Source: the human T2T-CHM13v2.0 reference genome, Homo sapiens. From it: DNA of 64,000 nt. The stretch lies in the NCBI RefSeq assembly GCF_009914755.1, contig NC_060934.1; one strand, 5' to 3'. Below the pieces are notes generated by a model. That model had not been told where the DNA came from, did not search any database, and saw only the letters and a program-made list of their open reading frames with translations. The translations under genes were made by a program, and so were the position numbers. Each line of letters begins with the position of its first letter. Position 1 is the first letter of the stretch. Of this stretch, positions 1 through 12,365 are shown piece by piece.

Positions 1-1040
1 CTTAAAAGTGGGAATGAACAACTCTCCTTGCTAGAATAGACAAGTCAGTTAATCACTTTGTGAAACAGTTAAGTTTCTTGTAAACTGCACTTTATTTTTT
101 TGCCTGTGTTTTGGCTGCTTAATTTTTTTCAGTTATGTTTATTGAGGTATAATTTATATACTGTTTATCTAATTTTTATTATAAACCTATTGGATAGAGG
201 CATGAGTGTCTTTATAGCTGTGCATTGCCCCATAGAGTTTTTGGCACTCAATAAAATGTTAAATAATATTTTTATTCAGCATTCTGTAGACGGGAAGCAT
301 ATGGTAACAAATGTCAGAGCACAGGTTGAAAATCTCCAAAAAGTTATATGATATATTCTTTGGAAAAGCTAGTAGAGATACTTTTGTGAATGAAATTTCT
401 CTTAAAAGGGGTTCCCAGACTCACATTTTATGCAACAAATTTCTCCAGCCTTCAGTTACTTTATTTACAAATTAAAGTTTTTCCTTATCAGAAATAATGC
501 ATAAGTTAAAATAGTATAATACTAACGTGGTATCATAAGGAAGTATATAAATGGTTTGATAGATAACATAAAGTAAAGGTAACTCATAGTTTGAAGGACA
601 GCATGAGAAAATATTTAGAAGCTTTAGCAGTATAAGTCTTTATGTTGTGATATATTGTATGAAAAGAAATACACAGTGGATAGTTCTTTATTGTTAAATT
701 TCAGCATGACTTAGTTATGTCACTGCTACAGCTGTTGCAGACATTCTAGTGGTAGGAGACTTTGACTCAATATTGTTTTTCTCACCTGAGGATTCTAGCA
801 CTATTTAATACTCTTATTTTAGTGTCAGAAACAATCATTGCTTCAGAATAACAGAAGACATTGTGAATTAAAACTTCAAATAAATTTCATGCAAAGGATA
901 ATATCTCCCGGTTAATCTGTGTTGAAGAAATGGTTGACCATAATCAGGTATACAAAGCCATTTAGATAGCATATATCTAAATTTTCTTTCCAGAATTTGC
1001 TTACCCTCTGATTTGCTGACCACACTTGCTTTGAAGTTTT

Positions 1041-1158
1041 GGTTTTTGTTGTCTTGCTATGTTGCCCAGGCATGTCTCAAATTCCTGGACACAAGCAATC
1101 CTCCCACCTCAGCCTCCCAAAATGTTGGGATTACAGGCATGAGCCACTGCACCTGGCC
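1041..1158 (-). mobile_element. Alu monomer (FLAM/AluJ left arm)
   Basis: Antisense left arm ending ...gagccactgcacctggcc; TSD ctttgaagtttt at 1029-1040 and 1160-1171. Confidence 0.85.
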
Positions 1159-1224
1159 ACTTTGAAGTTTTTATTAACATAATTTGAATGTGAAATTACC
1201 TGAGTTTTTCTTGTTAACCTCATG

Positions 1225-1640
1225 TATAAAATGTGGGATAGGGAATCCAGGCACTGCTTACTTAGCTTGGTGCCTCTGGCTCTCATAAGACTTTTAATAA
1301 AGGTGTCAACCAGGTTTGTAGTCATCTTGCTGCTCAGCTAGGGGAGGATCTTCTTCCAAGCCCACTCATGTCCGGTCACAGCCCTCAGATCCTCACTGGT
1401 TATTGATCATGCACCACTCCATAGTCCTCACAACATTGCAACTTATTTCTCCTAGAGCGAGGGCTCAGAGAGAGAAGGCTTGTGATCAAGAAGATGAACA
1501 AAACATACCATCACTTTTGTCATATATTTGTTAAAGCAAGTCACTAGGTCTAGAGCACATTCAAGGGGAGGAGAATGTACAAGGATTTGAATACCAGGTT
1601 CAAGGATCATTGAAAACCATTTTGAAGACTGCCTCCTACA
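1225..1640 (-). mobile_element. MLT1-type (ERVL-MaLR) solo LTR, MLT1F-like
   Basis: aagcaagtcactaggtc...cacattcaaggggaggagaat...ccattttgaagactgcctcctaca pattern typical of MLT1F/G LTRs. Confidence 0.7.
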
Positions 1641-1764
1641 CATATAATCCACAGATGGGACAGATCATTAAAGTACTCTAGGTGCTCTGACACTCATTTG
1701 TTTATCCTGAGATCTTAACAAGAACTTGAATTCAATAGGCAAAATGATTTCAGTTTCACATAAA

Positions 1765-1940
1765 GTATTTCATTTATTCCTAGCAACAATGCAACGAAAT
1801 AGGTATGGTTAACCCCAATGTTATTGATGAAGAAATTGATGTACTGAGTGACTGGCTCAAGATTACATAGCAAATAATTTGTAAAACTGGGACCTTAGTG
1901 TAGGCCTTTTGATTCTAGACCCTGTACTCTTTCCATTGGC
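1765..1940 (-). mobile_element. MIR, degenerate
   Basis: Core-like gatgaagaaattga...agtgactggctcaagattacatagc...tgattctagaccctgtactcttt. Confidence 0.6.
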
Positions 1941-4023
1941 TATAATTGCTTCCTACCAGTACTATGTTGCACTTAAAGCCATTCAAGGAGAATATTATAC
2001 CTCTAAATTTATATACAATTATATGAATTTTTATTATACAGAGATTTTTATACATATATGTAGAGAAAGACAGACACCCCCCTGTCTTAATCTCTAACCT
2101 ATACCACTCCGTTTAGGAGTTATAGTATTATTGAGTCAAAGTCTAATATCATTATAAGGCCTGTAACAGCTGTAGCAATGACACACATGTACACAGATGC
2201 TAGCAGCCTAAAACTACACTTAGGAGGTAAATGTTTGTTGCATGGAGAGATGAAGAAGCAAAGTAAGAAAACAGACCTGGTCTGGTGGCTCCATTCCCCC
2301 TTGGCTTGTCAGTATACAGAAATCATTGTGTTTCTATATAACTAGTAACAAATAATTGGAATTGCAGTGAGTATGGGCAAGTTATGGTTTTAGTTTAATA
2401 TTGATTATAGATAATTCTACTTTATAAGTAAGAACTTGTGTTATCAGATGAAATATAGAGAAAGTTTTCTCCTCCATAGTTGTCTTTCATATACGCAAAC
2501 ATGCACTTGAGTTTCTTTCCTTTCCTGCATAATCTGAGGATTGTGCTTTTTAATAGTGGCTTGCTGATCCCTTTAAATAGCTCTTAATGTAAGTATTCCA
2601 TAGTTTTCATTAATCTGATTAACATAGTTTTTCCCTAACCTCCATTCAAAAACTATATTTGGTTGTTGTTTTACCCTGGTTGCTGAAGCAGCAAGCCTAC
2701 TGCAAAACCTAAGTGGTGTGGTATAGATGAGAGTCTAAGACTTTAATTATATGTCATTTTATTCACAACACTCAATTCCAGGAAGGAAAAAATGGGTCTG
2801 TTTTTGTAAAGGACATATTATGTGAGTATCATTCATTGTAAACCAAAAATGATACTGTATTATAGCATAGACAACAATGAGAACTGATTCTGAAAATGTG
2901 ACCTGACTGAGAAACTGAGTAATAGTGAAAGTTATCAAAATGGAAAAAAAGCGTTAATGTGAAATCCAGCCTTCTCAGAAATACTCTTTCCTGGCCTGTT
3001 TAGTTTTGCTTTTGTTGCTTGTCATGCATGAATGAAAGTGCTGTACTCTCAGGGGAGCAGGAAAGCCTCTGTGTCGGTTGTTTATTTCCTTAATCCCTCC
3101 TCCTTTGTGATTTTTGATGTCAGATCTAAAATGGAAAGCCTGTAAATATAATGATTATCACACGGATAATCACCTGCATTAGGAACCGCCCTGCTTTTCT
3201 ATTCTAACCCGAGCTGTTCTCCACATGTCACATCCACTCTGTGGTTGGATTTTAACCTGACTGCTTCATTAGATTTGTGAAACTCAGTACGAGGCGCCCT
3301 GGGGCAGCACAGATGGGGACTTGCTTGTTTTCTTTTCTCACTTTTACTGCAAAGGCACACTAAAAAGTCCTTTTCAATTTAGTGCGATCAGTTCACTTGG
3401 AATTATCTCTGATATTTGGAACCTGTCTTGCTCTTCTGCCCACCAACTATGCCTATTCTTTCTTCCTTACTTTCTGACCTAATGTCTTTTCTTTCTGCCT
3501 CTGCATGTCATGAATCTGACAACTAAAATTCTGCTTACAATTCTTACTGGGTCAAACTGTTCCCCCGTGTTGTTTTGTTTGTTTTGCTGACAGGGAAAAA
3601 TAAATGTTGTTCCATCATTGTACCTACAAACACCTTCAGATCAGAGGTTAGCTGTGGGAAAGTCTGCAGTGATATGAGCCAGCTGCCTTCTCTAATGGAG
3701 TGACTTGGGGCACCAGTCCAAGATCAGAGGAAGGTGGGAGGAAGTCAGAAGATAAGATCATTTTAAGCCACAGAACAACAAGCTTAGCTTTTCTAGTGAT
3801 AGGGCACAGCTCAGCAAACCTGTGTGAGGGGGCACTAAGACAAAAAATTGAGTTGACTTTTTTTAAGTACATCTTTCCTCAGTCAGAAATATGTTGATGC
3901 TTGAAATAGTTTACAGACATGGAAGTGTCCTAGGGCCTGGTTTCCTTAAAAGATAATGATTTGACATTTATATATGTGTCTTCTTGCAGTTAGTCAGCTC
4001 CATACCATAACAGATCACAGTTA

Positions 4024-4429
<406 letters not shown>

Positions 4430-5509
4430 TTATATTTGAGCAAAACTGGACATTAAAAAAATTTTACTGTATGTGAATTTTGAGCATTTATGGCTTAGTG
4501 CAATTTTAGTCCTACACATTCTTCCTTTGAACTTTGTCTTACAGTCCCCTGGGGTTCTCTCATGTCTCTGATGAAGTTCCATATAAATAAGTGGTTCTAG
4601 TATAGCTTTTTTGTTGTCTTTTTCATATAAGAATTTGCTTGGTTCAGAGTGACAGCTTGGGAAGCACTACATCAATAGCTTTTGAACCTTTTCCTATTCC
4701 TTGATATCACCGCCAGCAAATGTTACTGACTATGTGATGTACAAAGTTCTAACCTTGCTTGCACAAATTGACCAGTTGTCAAGATCAATATTTATTTGCT
4801 TATTTTTGTCTACATGAACTAAGGGTAACTTGGTCAGGCTTATGTTTCTCTAGTAAATAGCGTAAGGAGTTGTACTTTCAACTTAACACTTCCTGTTGAC
4901 TTCAGTGTTTAGCTGTAATCATACATTTTGACCTTTCTAAATCCTCAAAATGGTTCTCTAACCTATATGTTATTAGTACATTGGACCATAGGTGCATACA
5001 TGTATTTTTTTCCCAATGTTTTCCCAAATTTCTGCTGAAGACACTGACTGTACTTTCTGCCTTACATGGCTTGATGCTACAGTCGTTTTAGTTGAGTTGG
5101 ATCTGCTCACTACTCAGGCTCAAATCCCATCCTTCTATTAATATCTCTTGGCAAAGATAATTTTGGAAGAATGTGAGTTAAGATGTAGAGACTCTTGACA
5201 GTTGTCTGCAGTTTTTTTTTTTTTTCATTTTCAAGAGGGAAGTAGAGTTGAAAAGTAATATTGCCTCCCTTTTCTATCTGTCCTAAAATTAAAGTATAAG
5301 CACAAAGAGTGAAGAAAGGGAAAGGATTTGATTACACATATGTATTTTTGTCATTTAGTAACCTGTTATAAGAGCCTTAGGGTATATAATAATCATTAGA
5401 TTGTGTCCTTAAGATATTTAAAATCTAGAAGAACTTTGCATATTAAAATTTTTTAACCATACATATTTTTAATGCTCAACTGTTTTTACCCTGTCATCTT
5501 ATATTAAAG

Positions 5510-6400
5510 AGGATTTTTGGACTGTTTATTATAAAAAATTTCAAACAAAAAAGGAGACATTGGACCCCTACATAGCACATACATCTAGATTTAACACTTG
5601 TTAACATTTTGCCACTTTTGCTTCATTTTAATTTTTTTCTGCAGTATTCTAAAATAAATTACATATATCATGACATTTCATTTCTAAATACCTCAGGATT
5701 CATCTTAAGAATTAAGGACTTTTAAAATCAAACTGATAATTCCTAATATTACCTAATTTTCATTTCAGATTCAAATTTCTCCCCTTGTCCCAAAAATGTC
5801 TTTTATAGCTGGTTTGTATAAACCAATTAAGGTTTATACATTGTTCTTGGTCATTTTCCCTTTTCTACTTTACATTACATTGACTTGTTAAAAACATTAA
5901 GCTAGTTGTCCTACAGAATGTCCTACCCTATGAATGTTTTCAGTTGCTTTCTCTGTGTATACTTTAACTTGTTCCCCTATCCTCTGTATTTCTTATAGAC
6001 TGCAAGTTACTGGACTAAAGTTTTGATTAATTCATATTAAAGTATTTAGGTTAGAATACTTTATAGGTGATGGTGTGAACTTCACACTGCATCACAACAG
6101 AAGGCAAAGAATATTTGGTGATCCCACTATTAGTGATGATAAGTGATAGCATCGATCACTGGGTTAAAGTGATGACAGCTTGATCCTTCCATTATAAAGT
6201 TATGCTTTGCTCCCGTGACCAGCATATAATCTGAGATACTTTGATTCCATGGAAATACCCAGTTCCCTATCATCCTTTTTACCCAATGAGTTTAACATCT
6301 ACTGAGGATCCTTGCCTGCATAAATTTCGTTATGAGGATTGCAAAAAGATGATTTTTCTGAATTTATACATTTATTAGCAGGCATTCTTCTCTACATAAG
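5510..6400 (-). mobile_element. Old L1 (L1ME-like) 3' region
   Basis: aaaaatttcaaac...ttaacattttgcca...agttgtcctacagaatgtcc...tttaacatctactgaggatccttgcctg, typical of antisense L1M 3' ends. Confidence 0.6.
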
Positions 6401-6755
6401 AGCTTTTTGAGAGGTATTGTTTTAATTAAAAACACAACCACCAGCATATTCCTTGGATTGTCTTTCTTTGCTGAGGTCAGAACACCTGAACTCACTGTGG
6501 CAGCTACAGTAAAAACATGTACTACATCTTCTTTATTCCAACTTGTGAAGTGTGTTGACATTAGGCTGCCTTTTTTTATTATTATTATTCCAAGGGAAAA
6601 AAGAAATCTTTATTGCTGTAAGAATAAAAATTGAACTATGTGGGTATATTGAGATAATTGTGTAAAGAAGAAGACTGAATGAGTTTCAAAAAATGGATTA
6701 TTTCTTCATTACCGAGCACTTTATAATTAACTGTTCTTTTTTTTTTTTATTTCAG

Positions 6756-6791
6756 GAAGCTGCCACTTTTGCTAGAGAGCAAGGCTTTGAG
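6756..6791 (+). CDS. ADK: Adenosine kinase internal coding exon (36 nt, phase 0/0; probably exon 8), [12 protein letters not shown]
   Basis: Long T tract and ttcAG acceptor (6754-6755); GAG|GTGAGT donor at 6792. Translation matches the recalled human ADK segment ...[23 protein letters not shown]... and joins in frame to the exon at 17852. Confidence 0.97.
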
Positions 6792-6905
6792 GTGAGTTAA
6801 CCCACAATTGCACACTAAACAGATCCTAAAGGTTTTTTCTAGCTGATAATGAAGTTCTTTTGGACAGTGATTGATGTGCTATTATACTCTCAGAGCCTCG
6901 CAGCA

Positions 6906-6919
6906 GTTGCCATGGAAAC
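6906..6919. promoter_or_regulatory. RFX X-box motif GTTGCCATGGAAAC
   Basis: 13/14 match to the palindromic X-box GTTGCCATGGCAAC, 115 nt downstream of the 36-nt exon in non-repeat sequence; binding untested. Confidence 0.55.
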
Positions 6920-9900
6920 TTGGCAGTCGTCATGGTTTCTTTGTTCTGCCAGCACAGTGTTATGACGCACTCTGCTAGGTCTGCACCCAACATCGCCTAC
7001 AGATGTTATTTATTGAATTTTGAAAAGCCTCTTGGGAAGCCAAGAGGTTGGGCACGGTTTCAAGCTGCCTCTGCAGATATGGGGCCTGTCAGTTTGTTCA
7101 GTTAAAAAGCTACCTCATTAGCTGCATTACATTTCATAAGGATTCACTGCTAAAGCAGTGGTGGAACAAGACTAAATAATGAAATATAATGTCGTTTAAA
7201 TAATTTCAGCCCTATCACATGTAGATTATCATTATGCAAATTAATTTCTAAAAGGTTGTACTTAACAGTTGTTAGGAACTGATTAATTTAAATCCTGCTT
7301 TTATAAACTTACTCTTTGAACCTATCTTTTCTTCTCTCTCCCTCTTTTTTTCTGGGGAGACGGAGGTAGCATAAAATATACATACATTTTCTGAAATAAA
7401 ATATCAATAATTGGATTTAATTTCTAGGTCCTAATTCTGTTTTTCTGATATAAGTGTTATCCTGTCAAGATTCAAAACTCCATGTGGTTGTTGTTGGCAA
7501 AACTGAGATAACCGTGTTTTTTATCTGTATAATACCCCTCTTCCAACTGATTGTTAGAAAACACTGACTAATATGAACCCAGGTTAACTGACAGAGAATT
7601 AACTAAGTTGGAGTTGTTTATGACTATGATATTTATTGAGTGAACTATGTAGAATGCTGTGTTCTTACAGCAACTTAAAGTGTTACAGGGTAGTAATTTT
7701 TAAAAATTTAATCTAACCACAGCCGAAATGTAGGAACTTTCTTTTTATTTGCATATTCAGTATTGTCTATCAAACAGGGAAGAGGTGAGTGGTGATTGAA
7801 TAGTATCAGTAAGGACTAGTAAGCTCACTTTGAACTCTAGAGAAAGATATTATATGAGTTTGTGAAACTCTTTTTAAATGTAGTAAAGGCAGATTATCAA
7901 GCAGCAAAGTAATACATGTTCATGTTATTCATGTCATCAGACTTGACAAACGAGACATAGAGCTTCCTCTTCATAGAGGAAAGACAAGGAACATGTGATA
8001 CAGATATTCTGTTCTGAAGATCCTATAAAAGAACTACTCCAGAGTAGGGAAACTTGCTTCTTTGTACTCAATTATTAGGAGCTGTGATAGTTTCTTACAA
8101 GTTTGCTTTTTTATGCTTTACCATATTATAGTAAATCTAGGTTTAAGTCACATTTAGAAAAAGGATTTCCAAGTGGTGGGTTTTTTTCTAATTTAAGTTT
8201 CACATTTTAATTTCCCAAACTGGCAATTATATGTAGGACAAAATGTAATCATGGGAATATTCAATTAAAAAGTCAAATGTTTTGATCATGAGAATATAAA
8301 TAAAAATTTTCAGGAATTTTTTAAAGTTTTACTGATTTTAAGTTTTAATATTACAAAAATTATATTATCTGTTGATACATCAGAATTCTCCATAGAAGAA
8401 AACTTTCAGAACATACATTTGTATCCTGTCAGTTTACTGTGTTACCATAAAAAATGTATTTTTGGTTCTATAAAATAACCAATTTTGCAGATACTTAGAA
8501 ATATAATTTGTTATATAACATGATCATGATCCTGTAGTATCTACATAGCAGTTTTTAAAAAATAGTTTATTAAGCCTGATTAATACTTTTATTTCCCCCT
8601 TGAGCTACTTGCTTTTCATGTGCCTGGTTTACATTCAGTCATAGCAACAAACTACTTTTTCTATTTTCCATTAACTAGCACTATATTCACCTTTCCATTA
8701 GTTCTTACTTACTGATTCTTGAATTGTTTTTGCCATAAATCTGCCATAATTGATTACAGCATATAAGCAAAATGATAATGATTATAATCACATACCTTAT
8801 TACCTCCTGACATAGCAAAACTGCTCTGTCAGTGATATTGACAGTGATATGTTAGACTAAATAAAGCACATAGTGTCTTGATGTGTCTCTTCGTAGATTC
8901 CCAAAACCATCACAAGCATTGCAGAATATATTTGAACCATGAGTAGGGTACCCTCAAATAGATATTTTTAATCAAATGTAATCCATGTATGGAACACTAT
9001 CTAGAGAAATTCAATGATTTTATAATGTCACTAAAGTTTCCTAGGTCATTAGACAGAAATGGCAGAGCATAGGTTTGAAACTTGGTATTCTTAAGGAATA
9101 AAACAAAAATAAATCACTTTATCTTAATAGTTTTCTGTGTGAAAATGCATTAATACTCTTGGCTAGTGTGACAAACTAGACAAAAATCTGCATTTTATCC
9201 CTTCTAACTTTAATTTTGACTCTAAATTTGGAGCATGAATGAGAAGAAAGAAGTGAAAAGATTAAAAGAAAGGAAAGGTGAGTATTTTTTCCTTCCATCA
9301 GTGCCGCTGTCCTACCCTCATTTTCTCCTATAAATCCCAATCAGTTCCAAAAGCCACTGAGTATTGCCACTAGTGATCTGGCTGCTGACAGACCAATCCA
9401 AGCGCCTCTAAAAATAACCAGTGTTTATTCGTCAGGAAATATTCTCAGTGGCATTTTTTTTTTAATTGATTATTATTCTGGTTAGCTTCTCTGCAAATTT
9501 TACTTTTGTAAAAAAAAAAATCTTTAAACTGAATTCGGCAGTTTTCAGTGAGAAGCAGCAGCTTAGGAGAGCACTGGAGAATGAGATAAAAACTGGAGCT
9601 GGGCAGAACACAAAGCATAAGAGAGGATTTTTTTATATATATAGGTGATGGAAAATTGCATAGTGCCTGATTTAAATGACAGACCTGCTAAGAATTTAAA
9701 ATGACAATTCTTGGGGTAAAAAGTTTTATAAGGCCTTTTATTATTCTAGAAAATCAGTTCAGACTGGAGTGTGTTTTTAAATCTAGCTTTTCTTGAGCCG
9801 AACTGATTAAATGTTCGTATTTTTAGAACATAAATAAAAATAAGGTGCTCAAAAGCATGTTTCATTATAAAGCCTTTTTTAAACTATTGAAAATTGATTT

Positions 9901-10237
9901 AAATAAAGTGAAGAAAATACCTCAAAACCTAAATATATATATTCTCTATCTTTTCATTGTCTCTGCAACTGAGTAAATGACAAATGATGAAGAGAATTCA
10001 TACCTTCTCTATTGGATCATTTATTTCCTTTTACTCCAAGTAATAAATTTTAGATTTTTTTTAAATTTTAGATCTCTAAGAATAATACTTCTGCTCATAG
10101 GGGAAACAAAGCAATCCTTTTCGCCTTTTTCACTTCCTCCATAGCCCCTGACTACCCAGAAGATCCTAGACTTGTAGTCTTTCTCTGACCAATGAGGATT
10201 CTTTCATCTTACACCACTGAAAGAGAAAAGTATGGAA

Positions 10238-10491
10238 TTGTGCTATCCAATACAGCATCTACTAGCCACATGTGGCTATTTAAATTAGGATTAATTAAAA
10301 TTAAATAAAATTTAAAATTCATCACTTCTTGGCCTTTTGGCTAAGATCAAATGTAAAATTTTAAATTCAGTCCTTCAGTCATACTAGGCACATATTGAGT
10401 ACTCTATAGACTATGTAGCTAATGACTACTTTATTGGATAATGCAGGATAGAACATATGCATCATCACAGAAAGTTTCATTGATCAGCATG
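10238..10491 (-). mobile_element. MER3 (hAT-Charlie MITE) interrupted by a U2 fragment
   Basis: gtgctatccaatac...actagccacatgtggctatttaaatt...catcatcacagaaagttt matches antisense MER3. Confidence 0.8.
10321..10355 (+). pseudogene. 3'-truncated (tailless) U2 snRNA retropseudogene, U2 nt 1-35
   Basis: atcacttcttggccttttggctaagatcaaatgta vs U2 ATCGCTTCTCGGCCTTTTGGCTAAGATCAAGTGTA (32/35); 15-bp TSD at 10306-10320 and 10354-10368. Confidence 0.9.
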
Positions 10492-10759
10492 GATAGAAAG
10501 TCTACAGAGAATGTATTCAGGCAGTGTTGATTACCAAAGAATTACCTTAGGTGACTTTTAGGTTCCTGTGTTCTTCACAAATATAAATAGTGCAATGAAT
10601 GATCACTCAGAGTTTCAGAGTTTCTGAAAATAAGACCCTAAATCAGGCCCTGCTGGCTAAGAGAGTGCAGTGTTGTTTTTGTAGGTGCCTGAACCCCAAA
10701 AGAGGACAATTTTAGAACAGTTCAGTTAAGGGAAAGCAATAAGCTAGTCTTCTAATTCT

Positions 10760-11110
10760 CTTCATTTAATCATTTATTTATTCAACAAATATTTACTGAG
10801 TTCTTACTATGTACATACCACTTTGATAGACCCCAAGACAAGGTGGAAGTGACCAGAGAGTGTACCATGAAAGAGCATGTGGGAAGGGTTCCCATTTTAG
10901 CTATGATGGCTATGGAATGACCCTAAAAATATGAATATCTAGCAATGACAAAAAAAAAGCGACACAAACAGCAAAACAAATTTCAAACAGAGAGAACAGG
11001 ACTATAAAAGTCTCTGAACGAGAGAGAACTTAATGTACTATGTACTCCAGGAACTGACAGAAGGCCAGTGTGACTGGAATGGAGTTAGTGGGGACAGCAT
11101 ATGAGATCAA
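10760..11110 (-). mobile_element. L2 3' fragment
   Basis: catttatttattcaacaaatatttactgag...tactatgt L2 tail and gaaggccagtgtgactggaatggag. Confidence 0.65.
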
Positions 11111-11298
11111 TCTGGCACTGACACATCATATAAACAGCATAACTATTAAAGGAGTTTCTATTTGGAAAACAAAACAAAATGGTATGGCTAGATGACTCAA
11201 TGTGTGGAAACACTACAGTTGGTTTTCTACAGAACTAGGTAGACTGTGACAGGATTGCTTAACCTTTGTATAACCAGCTGGTTAAAAATAGAATAAAG

Positions 11299-11817
11299 AT
11301 TTTCTTTATCCAGTCTATCATTGATGGGCATTTGGGTTGGTTCCAAGCCTTTGCTATTGTGAATAGTGCTGCAGCAAACATATATGGGCATGTGTCTTTA
11401 TATCAGAATGATTTATAATCCTATGGGTATATATCCAGTAATGGTATTGCTGGGTCAAATGGTATTTCTTGTTCTAGATCCTTTAGGAATCCAGTTCATG
11501 TTCTTTGCATGGACATGGATGAAGCTAGAAACTATCATTCTCAGCAAACTAACACAGGAACAGAAAGCCAAACACTGCATGTTCTCACTCGTAAGTGGGA
11601 ATTGAACAATGAGAACACATGGACACAGGGAGGGCAACATCATACACCGGGGCCTGTTGTGGGGTGGGGGGTTGGGGAGGGATATCATCAGGAGAAATAA
11701 CTAATGTAGATGACAGGTTGATGGCTGCAGCAAACCACCATGGCACGCGTATACCTCTGTAACAAAGCTGCATGTTCTGCACAGGTATCCCAGAAATTAA
11801 AGTATGATTAAAAAAAA
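11299..11817 (+). mobile_element. 5'-truncated, 5'-inverted L1PA7-type element
   Basis: 11299-11491 is antisense L1 ORF2 end; 11493-11817 is sense ORF2 end, 3'UTR and A tail (ORF 11366..11605 ends WMKLETIILSKLTQEQKAKHCMFSLVSGN). Confidence 0.9.
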
Positions 11818-11829
11818 TTTCTAGTAATA

Positions 11830-12170
11830 GTAACACTACTAGTAATTCAAATGAAGTGTGTGTAACAGAAGAAATAAAAAAAAAATTAAAATGCTACATC
11901 TGAAAATACCTATTTCATACAAAGCAAGGAGGTAAAGAAGGGATAGAACATATTTTTTTAAAATATGACATATGGAAAACAAATAGCAAATGGCAGATAT
12001 TAATTCAACTGCATTAATAATAATGTTAATCTGGAGTAAATAATATGATAAAAAGGCAGAAATTCTCAGACTAGATAAAAAAACTGAGGTCTAACTATAT
12101 GCTGTCTGAAAGAGATGTATCTTCAATTCAAAGATACAAATAGGTAAAAAAAAAAAAAAAGAATGAAGAG
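11830..12170 (+). mobile_element. Old L1M fragment (ORF1/ORF2 junction region)
   Basis: gaaaacaaatagcaaatggcagat...aactatatgctgtctgaaagaga...aaagatacaaatagg resembles the start of the L1M endonuclease. Confidence 0.55.
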
Positions 12171-12365
12171 AGTATGTTCTTTGATTTGGAAGACAATGTG
12201 ATCACCAATGACAATAAAACCATATTTCTACATTTATAAAATGCTCACAGTTTATAAAACCTTTCCCAACATATCAGTAATACATTCATACTTGCACAAA
12301 CCTTGAGAGATAGGTAGGGCATGTATTGCCATATCAGTTCAACAGATTAAAAAAATAGGCTATAT

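Noticed and set aside
100-351. 83-aa ORF and similar AT-rich ORFs in unique sequence (e.g. 6407..6634, 63186..63425)
   Set aside because: Mostly non-ATG starts, F/L/I-rich composition typical of AT-rich non-coding frames, no recognisable homology or exon structure.
3290-3310. CTCF-like GCGCCCTGGGGCAGCA
   Set aside because: Lacks the core AG of CCASYAGRKGGC; too weak without ChIP data.
8826-8850. Short repeat/palindrome ctgtcagtgatattgacagtgatat (also aggaatactgtt twice near 40068-40109)
   Set aside because: Units of 9-12 nt are within what local slippage or chance gives in AT-rich DNA.
10321-10355. Functional U2 snRNA gene
   Set aside because: Only 35 nt, no Sm site, PSE or 3' box; TSD-flanked within a MER3.
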